Shown here in pieces: positions 54,295 through 64,000 of a stretch of 64,000 bases of DNA. The stretch is from Lama guanicoe (taxonomy: Eukaryota), in the NCBI GenBank assembly GCA_013239625.1, contig MU057344.1:2048276-2112275 (forward strand). The letters are read 5' to 3'. The notes below the pieces were generated by a model, which was not told the origin of the DNA, made no database searches, and saw only the letters and a list, made by a program, of their open reading frames with translations. Made by a program: the position numbers and the translations under genes. Every line of letters starts with the position of its first letter. Within the stretch, counting starts at the first letter, position 1.

Positions 54295-54803
54295 TGTAAC
54301 AGAAAAGAACAAACCTGACTCCACCTTAGATCTGTTCCTTGAGCTCTAACCCTGTGCTGTTACCTGGCTGAGTCACGCTGGTTCTGCACGTTTTGTGAAA
54401 GTGCTGCCTCTAGCCTGAAATGTGCAGGATGACCTACTCTCAAGGCTGTGACCTTTAAGAGTATTGCACTTTTCCATTCATATAAAGATAAGTTGGAGAA
54501 TAGACAGTTAAGTTTGTTTTGTTGAAGGTTTACAGGGAGGGACACCATGGTCTGACACACGTGGGCAGCTACAGGAACAAAGGATTCCAAGAACAAGGGA
54601 CTCCTACACCAAGAAGTTTGCAACAACCAGCCACCCCCCCCTTTTTTAAGTGTAAAAGGAGACTGAATTCTGACTTGGGGAAGATGGTTCTCCAGGACAT
54701 TAGTCTGCCATCTTCTCTATCCGCTGGCTTTCCGAAGAAAGTCGCTCTTCCTTGCCCCGACACCGCGTCTCGCCATGTTTTGGCCTGTCGTGCCGCAGTA
54801 ACA
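54295..54803 (+). mobile_element. ERV1 solo LTR, MER41-like
   Basis: TG...CA termini; aaacctgactccaccttagatctg start; aagatggttctccaggacattagtctgccatcttct..gctggctttccgaagaaagtcgct..ccttgcccc R/U5-like segment. Confidence 0.75.
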
Positions 54804-56774
54804 CGTGCACAAGTGCACATGCTCACCTACCTGGCCGTCTCCCTTCCCACTCCTGTGCTTGTCACTGAGCTGCTCCCCATTGCACGCCGAAGGCAAGAGA
54901 CAAATGTGGGCTGGCAGGAAATCCATTTGAAGAGGAAATGAATCTAATCACTGCCAGCTGTTAAGAAAAAAACCAAAGTGATGCTGTGTTCAGTACCTCA
55001 CCTGGCGCATTTCCAGTGAAATTGGTTTCATAGTAAGCTGGGTTCTGTGGTTTTAATTTGGACTCCATAAGAGCTCAGAGTTGTCCTAAATAGGGGTTGA
55101 TCCACACCAGCCAGTTTTGGGCCCCTACAGTAATTGGTGGTTCGTGTCAGTGGAGATCAGTGCCCCGCTGCTTGAGCGTGCCTGACCGGGTCCTCTCGGT
55201 GTCACTGGAGTTTAACATCCCAAAAGAACTCTCCATCTGTGGTCGCAGATCTGCTCTGCTTCCCCCTTCCCAGCCCCCAGTTTCTATGAATAGTATTTCC
55301 AGGGACCCAGCTGCTCGGGCCTGACCCCTGGGCCATCCTCAAGAGCTGGGGGACGCTTGTTGCCCACCTCCCATAAGCAGCCGTCCCTGCTAATTCTGGA
55401 CTGCAAAGGCGCACTAGCTGGCACTGCTGGCACCCAGGGTGGTCACTGGTCAGTGGTGGCCGCCCGCCTCCCGCACCCTTCCTTCCGTCTGCGGGGCTGG
55501 GCCTGCTCTCCTGCCCCACCTTCCGGAGCACCGCCCGGCCTTCCTTCACTCGCTGGCTCCACGTGTGTCTGCTGAGCTCCTGTTGCAGCCGGGACTGAGC
55601 TGGGCCTGGGGTCGCGGTGGTGGGGAGCTCACGCCCGACCTGCCTTTTTAGTGCTTCAGTGCAGTGGAGGACGGGCGTTGCTGGAATAATCACACAGGGA
55701 ATTGTCCATTTGCAATGGTGGTAAGAGCCACGGGGAGAAGCCATGCCAGGGGCAGCATGTGGGTGTCAGGTCCACTCGGAGGTCAGACAGGCTCCTTGGA
55801 GGAAGCGACAGTGGAAGTTGATCAGGAGTCATGTCTTCCCTCCTGGACCTCAGCCCCTTTCAGGGCCCCCAGGAGGAAACACGCAGGAACTCAACAAGTA
55901 ACTGATATCCAGCGGAGCCTCCGTCTGGGCAGAAGGCCGCCCCCTCCTGATGTGGCGGGAGGCCCTGCACTGCTGGACGCGCCACTCTTGGATTCTCCGC
56001 TCTCCTCATCTCCCGAGCTGCCACGATGGGGTGCAGTCCGTCCTGGAGGGCACACAGGACCCAGAACCAAAGTCACGCTTCTGCACGTCCTTCTGGGCGC
56101 CTCACCTGAACTTTGTCTCTCTTTTTCTTCCTGATCAGCTGTACCCCCTGCCCTTCCAGGGTTACGGGCCCAAAGAGGGGTGTCCTCAGGACGGCAAGAT
56201 GTTGGTTCTCATTGGTGGTTGGTCTTCCCCGTGGATTGTAAGCTCCCTGAAGGTGGGGACTGTATTTTGCTCCCAACCATGGTCCCACAGCCCAGCATAG
56301 TGGCTGGGACACTCTGGCAGGTGCCCAGGACATCCCTGTCGAGTGATGGATGGTGGTGGTGACGCATACTGAGAAACTGAGGATTGAAATTTCCGAGGAA
56401 ACTTTATATTCTCAACCGTGACATAGTGCTGAAGCTGCTGAAACACCGAGGTGTCCACAGCTCATTGTCTGCCTTTTACAGGTACCTTGGGGCTGGCGGG
56501 AAGCTGGAAGAGAATCTCCCACTGGTCAGCAGCCAGTGGATTCCTGAACCAGGGCCACCCTGGCTGGAGCGCGGCTCCCTACTGCCTGCAGATGGTGGCC
56601 TGTATGATGAGAGATTGTCTCTCATACCCTGACCTTTTATATTTAAAAGAAAGATGTAACAGGTTTTTAAAAAGTGAGAGGCCCACAAGCCAAAAACCCC
56701 CCAAACCAAAGAAGCCTCACAGCAGGATGAGAGCAGCCGGAACTCTGTCGCCGGAGGGGACACAGCATGATGCA

Positions 56775-57540
56775 GCCGCCTGGAAGACAGCTGGGTAGAT
56801 TCTTGCAAACGCACACATGCTCTCGCCGTGCGACCCAGCAGGCATCCCCTTGGTATTTACCCAAAGCAGTCTAAAGCTTGTGTCCACCCAGGGCTGCACA
56901 CGGTGTTTGCGTCAGCTGTATTCTTAGTTGCTACCACCTGGAAGCAGCCAAGATGTCCTTTGGTAGGTGAATGGACAGATAAACTGTTGGGACCTCCAGA
57001 CATTGGAATATTACTCAGCACTAAAAAGAGATGAGCTACCAAACCATGAGAAGACATAAAGGAACCTTAAAGGCTTATTTCCAAGTGGAAGAAGCCAACC
57101 CGAAAAGGCTACATACCGTGTGATTATAACAATATGGCATTCTGGCAAAGGCACCGGTATGGAGACAGTACAAGGATGAGTGGTTTCCAGGGGGCTGAGG
57201 GGTGGGGGGAGAGGTGACTGGCAGAGCACAGAGGATTTTTAGGGCAAAATATGAAAATTCTCTGTGTGATACCATAATGATGGCTACGTGTCATTATAAA
57301 CTTATCCAGACCCACAGGATGTACACCCCAGGAGTGAACCCGGTGCAAGCTCTGGGTGGTCATGGGTGGTCGTGACGTCAGTGTAGGCTCGTCGACTGTG
57401 ACCAAGGTGCCGTCTGGTGGGGATGCTGGTGGTGAAGGAGGCTGTGTGTGTAGCGGGGCAGGGATTTGTGGAAAATCTCTGCACCTTCCTCTCAATTTTG
57501 CTGTGAACCTAAAAATGCTCTAAAAAATAGAAGTCTGTGG
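56775..57540 (+). mobile_element. L1MC-like 3' end
   Basis: gacccagca..ccttggtatttacccaaag; gcagccaagatgtcctttggtaggtgaatggacagataaactg; ends aatctctgcaccttcctctcaattttgctgtgaacctaaaaatgctctaaaaaata. Confidence 0.88.
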
Positions 57541-60500
57541 AAAGAAAAAATATGTGATAAATTTCAGCAGCGATTTAAGAAAAAATGGAAAAGCTCACAG
57601 CCTGATTTGTAGTCTTGATTGACCCTGAGAGTAAGTTTCCTCAGTGGCTTCCTCTCCTGCCTGATGGGTGGGGCAGTCTCAACCGTCCAGCAGGGCGGCG
57701 TCTCACTCTGCATGTGAGTCAATCCCACGCAAGTCTGCCAAGGTCCCGCCAGGTGCCAGCGACCTCAGGACACGGAGGTTGACAAGGATGCGCAGGCTCA
57801 GAGCCCCGGGGGGCACAGGAGAGGCTCACAGAGCTCCTGCGACCATCAGGATGTGCCAGGAAGTTTCAAAGGGCCACTGGTGTCGAGCAGGAAAGGTCTC
57901 TGGCGTTAGGTTGGTCAAGGAAGGCTTTCTGGAGGAGGTGGCACTGGCATCGGGCTTTACATGTGCAGGAAATGTCAGTGCAGAGCTGGGGGAGCGGCAG
58001 GTGGAGGGGATTTGTGTGCCGGCGTCTGTGGGCGGATCCCAGTGAGGCTCTTCGCGGAGTCTCCCTGGTGGCTGAACATCAGGGCGGTGTCTGCTGGCTG
58101 CTTTGCAGGCTCATCAAATAGTGGCTTTAAAGCACCTGCAAACAATAGGTCATTTTCTGCCTCAAATCTCCTACAACCTGCTGGGAAGGGCGGTCGACCG
58201 TGGGTCTGTTCCACAAGCTCACGGTTCAGTAAATTCATGATCGTGGAAGGTTCTTTCCGGGGCCAGGCTCCAGGGGCTCCTTCAGAGACCTGGGCGAGGG
58301 TGCGCTCCCCAAGCTCACAGCTGTTCCCACCTCCTCTTTGCCTCCTTGGCAGGAAACTCGGAAGATTCCTTATTCAGAATTTCTTGTTTTCCCTTGTTCA
58401 CTTGGCTTTCCAATCTGGGCTTCTGTCTTTTATCTGCGATTAATCGTGTGTGCGTTTCTAGGAAGGCTGACTGTGCTTCTGTTTTTACCGAGAGCAACTC
58501 CAGGTCGCATGGGGGGGGCAGCCAGGGTGGAAACGCGCGTGAAGCAAAGCCCTCGTAAAGTGGCCACGTTCCGCCGCTGATGGGCGATGGGCAGAAACAC
58601 AGCAGAATCAGCCGGGAGAGGCCTCGGGACGCCTGCACCGCGCGTCGTGACGGACACTGTTACCCGTTCGTTTCATTCATCAGGCATTTATTGAGCTCTG
58701 CGCGTGCACCGTGCAGCAGCCCCGGAGGAGACCGGGCAGCCGCATCACACGGCCCGGCCCACGGCCGGGAGGGGCCCGGGCTTGGGCTCTGGGAGACCCG
58801 CAGCCGTTCGGGCGGAGCCAGCGGAGGACGGCAGGGCGGTTGGGCTTTGGGAGCCGCCGTGGTCCCCGTTCACTCTGACATCACAGCAAACACGCCACTC
58901 GGGTGTTAATGAAACTGGCTTCAGAACATAACATTCAGGCCCTGAGCCCCCACAGCGTCCTGGCCTGGAGGCTTCCAGCGGTTCAACAGGTCCGCTCGGT
59001 GGGCGGGGGGAGCGCAGTGGCCGTGTCCTTTGAGCAAAAACCCGGGGATTTGCTGAGCCTGGGAAAGGCTGTTTCCAGCTAGTGGAGAAGAGGCCGTGTT
59101 ATGGGGCCGTCTAGGCAGGCAGGACGAGACACGGAAGAAAAGCTCTGTCCCTCCCGGGAGTGCCCTGGCCCTCAGGCCGGGGTCGGGGGCGGCACTGGGG
59201 GAAGTGGGCTAGGATGGCACTCACGCGCAGGGAGGCTCAGACTGCGAAGGGAACGTGGAATGAGTCTCTCGCAGCAGATTTAGCTCTGCCTCCCACTGCC
59301 CCACGCTTGCCGCTTCCATCGCTCTCGGCTCGCTTGGCACGCTAGGGACGGCCGCCAAGCATATGAATTTGCCCGTAAATGTGGCGGCCGTCAACGGGTG
59401 ACGGCGGCTTTCCCTCCATGGCCATGTGATGCATGCGGCTGTGCACAGGAGCAGTAGCTGTTCAGGCACCTCCTGGTTTCAAGGCAAATTGCCTCCATCA
59501 AAGCCCAAACGTTGTGGGAGTCTGCCACCCCCGACGTGGGGAAGGCCACCCAGGAGAAGGCACCACCGTGGCTCCACGTGTCCTCACTGATGTCCCTTTC
59601 TGGCTAGACGCAGAACCAGTTAGTGCCGGGAGCAACTGACCTCAAGTCTAGGTCCGTTCCTGCCAGGCCCTCACGGAGCTAAATTTCATCAGATTTCAAA
59701 TCCATCAAGTTTCATCTAGGCTGCAGAGACATGACAAGGTGCCGCACCTCCCAGCTGTCAGTAAGGGTGACGAGGCCCTCAGAGGGGGACCCCAGCCGTG
59801 GGTGGGAAGACTGGGGGGACAAATGCAGGATGGCAGGAGTGTCCGCCTGGGAGGACGCATGGCGCACAAAGCCCTTCTTTCCAGATGCCTTTCAACCGCT
59901 TGAAAGACCTGAAAGTCACTGTTACACAGTTTTGCTTTCAGTGATGTGGGACTGGAGAGATTTTGCACCACCAGCATTTGCCTGGAAACAAGGCAAGCCT
60001 GGGGGAACCCCGTCTGTTTCCCCGAACCACGTGGCTGGTGCCTCGTCCAGGAAGGGAGAGAGGTATTTGATAGGGAAGGTGGTTAACTCACAAAAACGTA
60101 ACTGACGCCAGTCTGCAGGTGAGCTGGGGTCCTCAGGGGGGCTGGAAAGATCCCATCCCACATCCGTCAGCGGGGTCTGCCCTCCTCCACGGGCACAGGC
60201 AGCTGAGTGACAAATGGCCAGTCTCCGCTCAGGCTGGCTGGCTCCTCTGCCTGCAGGAGTCCCCATATCCTTGAAGTACACCGGCCTGTTCACGCACTCC
60301 CACCCTGCTGCCTCCTGGGAATCCAGGGCAGACTCAGGTCAGCGCGTGTCCAGGCAGCTCAGCGCTAGATAAATGTTGCTGGACACAGATTTAAGTGGCA
60401 TAGACAGGGATGCCGGTGGCCCCTCCACAGCGGCTAACAGGTGCGCGCTAACATCACGGATGTAACCTTGCTTCTCAGGTGACTCTGCCGAGGCTGGCTC

Positions 60501-60924
60501 GCTCCGCTCTCTGCCAGCTGCTTGATGAAACGGTCTCACCTGTCTGGCTCTGGCGCAAGCTCCCCTCCTGCCTTCTTTTCAGCCTGAGCACAAAACGGGA
60601 GGCAGATCGTGCTTTGCTATCTGGTCTCTCGGTTCGTGGGATGTTGGCTCGTGGACAGGGAGCAGCTTAATAAGGTTTGTGCCTTATGAGGGTTTTAGAG
60701 CTGAGCCGTCTGGAAATCTTGCACATTTTCGAGCTGATGCAGTCGGCACGAGCTTAGAGGTGAAAAGGTGAGGATGATCTTTTCCTGCAGATTTGCCGGT
60801 CCCAGGGTATCTACCTTCGGTATTCCAGAGGATGGATTTACACCAGATCAGGAGATGGAGAAAGACGTTCATTCTCTTTCTCTTTCTCTCTTATGTGCAC
60901 ATGCACACAAGGCACACACACGGG

Positions 60925-61610
60925 TGCAGGCTGGAGGGTTCAGACCAACTACAAAGTTAAAGGACACAGTCCGCAAAGACCTCATTCAGCTGCAAGTTTG
61001 GGGGTCCCCAAGCCCACGCTCAGACTTGCTCGTTCTCCGGAAGGCTCATAGGACTCACGGGAGCTGTCACCCTCACAGCCACGGCTACTTGCGGGGAAGG
61101 GACGCAGATGGAGACCAGCCAAAGGAGGAGACGTGCAGGCCGAGGCCCGGGAAAGCACCCCAGGTGCAGGCCCTGCCCCATGGAGTTGGGACGCCTTGCT
61201 GTCTCGGCACTGGTGTGTGACAACACTCGGGACGACTGCCCACTAGGGAGGGCTTCCTGAGCCTCAGTGCCCCCTGCCCTGACTAGGTGGGGCTCCATGA
61301 CAGGCATGACTGATGATCGAGCGAGAGCGACTGAGGACTGATCAATGGTGGATTTCTCACATCGTTGACCCCCATCTCCAGGCGGCTGATACCCGGGACC
61401 CCCCCTCCCTAAATCATGAGGTTGGTCTTTCCGGCCCGGCCAGCCCCGCCCTGAGACTTCCAGGTGAGGCTGTCTCCCACCCACATCAGTGGACTATTTG
61501 GGGTGACCGGAGGCTCCCAGGAAACCAAAGACATTCGTATCAGGCAGGGCATCTTAGGGGTGACTGCGCAGAAGCAGGGGCCAAGGCCTGGTTAAATTCT
61601 CTAACACACA
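60925..61610 (-). mobile_element. MER21/MER77-like LTR
   Basis: ctgcaagtttgggggtccccaag..gaaggctcataggactcac..accagccaaaggaggagacgtgcagg..; ends ggttaaattctctaacaca. Confidence 0.7.
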
Positions 61611-62922
61611 AACAGAAGGAGAAAAAGAGAAAATGTTGCTCTGTGGGTCCATAACATCCCTGTTCACAGGCTGGTTGGAAATTTCTTATCTCTTTTTTCC
61701 TGATTGCTGTTGAATTCCCTGGAACCAATGCCTATTGTATGTACCTGATTACAAAGGAAAAGATGTTATAGAACATTCTTCCTCTCAGGAAAAAATGAGG
61801 CACCCTGCCCTTTTCTCAGTGAGAGAGAATGTTCTTTTGAATAATTTTTTAATTTACTAAAATTTTTTTGAAGCTGTGGCTTCTAGGATGCCGTCTTGCA
61901 GCAGAGAGGCGTGCAGATAACGATATTATAATACTTGCGCTGCCCTGGAGGGTGGCCAGCGACGGCCTGGGGGCTGCGTTACCGCTGCAATCTATAAGAC
62001 CGCCCCTGTCGTCTCGCCGTCACCATAGAAGCAGGAGCCCAGGCCACGCGGCACAGCCTTGCTCCTCCCCGAGACCACTGGGACCCCAGCGAGGCTGCAC
62101 TCCCTGGCCCCACCCAGAATGACCCTGGGTGCTCATGCAGACCGGAGGTCAGCCTTCCCTGTCTGCTGAGAAGTGGAATTATCCGTATCCCCAAAGAGCT
62201 GTTTCTGCCTGCTGTTCATTTACTGCCTGGAGTTTAAAAAAAATGCTGTGTTTTAAGGTCAGGAAAATTTTGACAGTCCCACCATGGTGGCGCCCGAGTG
62301 GGTAGTTATGTGCATCACCCGCAGAGCAGGGAACTGAGTCTAAACAGTGACCCTTTTGTCTTGGGATGCTCAGTGATTCCCTTTAAACTTTGCCGCCAGG
62401 ATGCTCGGCATCAAGTACCACTGACTCCCGGAAGCAGCAGGGCTGCTGCCCGGGTCCGCGGTCCAGGCGGGAACACCACCCCGCTCCCGAGTCTCCCTGC
62501 CTGGGCGGCCTTCATGCCGTGGACCCTGAACCCTGGGGTCAGCGTGCGGGGCCGCACCAGAGGGCTGGGGCTGGAGCTGGGGTGCCGAGCGGGATGGTGG
62601 GGTGTGCGGAGTGGGGACCGACGCCGGGCGCTGGATCTCGGGGCGCCTCCTGGGGACGGCGGGGAAGCAGGTTGTGCAGCCGTCGTAAGGGGCATGGCCC
62701 CAGCTCTGCAGACACAGCCCCGCAGAGCTGCACCAGGGCCTCACCTTTGCAGACAATTGGGTGTCTACTTGCAAAGGCAGCTGACACTCAAGTGGGACTT
62801 GCTGGGAAAAGAGGGGTCCCTAGGAGGCCACTGGTAACCACGGAGTGAGTAACCAAGTTGTGGTGACAACAGGGACGTCCTGGTGTCCGAGCCCCACGCT
62901 GCCGGGCCTCGTGCGGCCCCTG

Positions 62923-62968
62923 TTTTCCTTTCCTTTCTTTCTTTCTTTCTTTCTTTCTTTTTTTTTTT
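62923..62968 (+). repeat. (TTTC)n / poly-T microsatellite
   Basis: Direct reading. Confidence 0.9.
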
Positions 62969-63005
62969 ACAAGCTAATGCCCACATTTTATTTGCATTTC
63001 CTTAA

Positions 63006-63104
63006 ATTTTTTTCAAAAATTTTTTTTAAATGCAGGTGCTGGGGACGGAACCCAGGACCTTGTGTATATTAAGCCGTCCTCTGTCACTGAGCTCCACCTC
63101 CCCC
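63006..63104 (-). mobile_element. tRNA-derived SINE with perfect 13-bp TSD
   Basis: TGCATTTCCTTAA at 62993-63005 and 63105-63117. Confidence 0.88.
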
Positions 63105-63124
63105 TGCATTTCCTTAATGTTTAT

Positions 63125-63400
63125 CTAGTGTCCCTCTCCTGTCCCAGGGGCCCAGCTAGGGCCCCTGAAGCTGCTCCGGGCTGTTCCAGCGTCTTAGACT
63201 TGCCTTGTTTTGAATGCCCCTGACGATCTGAGGACTGCTGGCCGGGTGTTTTGTAGACCCCTCCTCGGCAGGGGTCTGCCTCGTGTTTTTCTCGTGATCG
63301 GACTGGAGTGTGGGTTTTGGGAGGAAGACCACAGAGGTGAAGTTCCACTTCACCCCACCACATCAGAGGTTTATACTGTCAACATAACATAGCGCTGCTG
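63125..63400 (-). mobile_element. L1MC3/4-like 3' fragment
   Basis: ctgaggactgctggccgggtgttttgtaga..gggttttgggaggaagaccacagaggtgaag. Confidence 0.7.
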
Positions 63401-63402
63401 AC

Positions 63403-63670
63403 TTTTTGTTTCAGTGGCATAGAGCTGACTTGCAATGCTGGGTTAATTTCTGGTGCGCAGCATAGTGACTCAGTTATACGCACACGTCCCTTTTCGTATT
63501 CTTTTCCATTCTAGGCGATTACAAGGCACAGAATGTCGTTCCCTGTGCTCCACAGCAGGACCTGCTGCGTATCTGTTCCGTGTGCAGTAGCGGGTATCTG
63601 CTAATCTCAAACTCCCAGTTTGCCCTCCTCCCCTGCCTCTTTGGTAGCCATGACTTTGTTCTCTGTGTCT
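63403..63670 (-). mobile_element. Artiodactyl-type L1 3' end
   Basis: ttaatttctggtgcgcagcatagtgactcagttata..ttccctgtgctccacagcaggacct..tatctgctaatctcaaactccc..ggtagccatgactttgttctctgtgtct. Confidence 0.8.
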
Positions 63671-63787
63671 TGGGGCCTCACATGTTTTTGAGCACATCTG
63701 GGGGGGCCTGGCTGGCTTTAAGCCTCTGGCGTGGGTTATCTCCTGCCCCGCCCCCCACCACGAGATAGCTTCTCTCTCAGCACCATG

Positions 63788-63880
63788 TACACCTGGGAAA
63801 CTGAGGCCTGGAGACGGGACATGACTTGCCCAAGGCCACACAGCAGGGAGCAAGGAGCTGGCAGGTCAGGATCTGGCCCC
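63788..63880 (+). mobile_element. MIR fragment
   Basis: gggaaactgaggcctggaga..tgacttgcccaaggccacacagc. Confidence 0.7.
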
Positions 63881-64000
63881 AGACGCCCCCGCTTCACCCC
63901 ACCTGGGCCTCTGCAGGGGAGAAGCCCTGACCGCAGGGCGGGGCTGGGGGCTGAGCCCTGGGCCTCCTCGCCCACCGAGTCTGGCATCCTGGGTCCCCGA

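Noticed and set aside
55000-62900. Additional protein-coding gene right of C1orf174
   Set aside because: No ORF with a recognisable domain or consistent exon chain; the region is dominated by repeat relics.

Overview
Very GC-rich mammalian genomic DNA with the gene order of human distal 1p36.32: CEP104 (minus strand; non-coding exon 1 and coding exons 2-20 present, last two exons must lie left of position 1), DFFB/CAD (plus strand; 7 coding exons, 341 aa) and C1orf174 (minus strand; 4 coding exons, 239 aa). CEP104 and DFFB are head-to-head on one CpG island; DFFB and C1orf174 are convergent. Several short tRNA-derived SINEs look like the camelid type, so the source is probably a camel or alpaca (inference). 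The remainder is intronic or intergenic DNA with L1, MIR, MaLR, ERV-LTR and hAT relics. Exon boundaries were read by hand from GT-AG signals and reading-frame continuity; human proteins and repeat consensus sequences were recalled from memory, not searched. The most unusual item is a 5 x 48-bp G-quadruplex-type minisatellite that serially copies the DFFB exon-1 splice donor in frame. Also notable: a strong-Kozak 57-codon uORF in CEP104 exon 1, an apparent donor shift in CEP104 exon 15, and tandemly duplicated transcription-factor modules in both promoters. No prokaryotic-type system is present.
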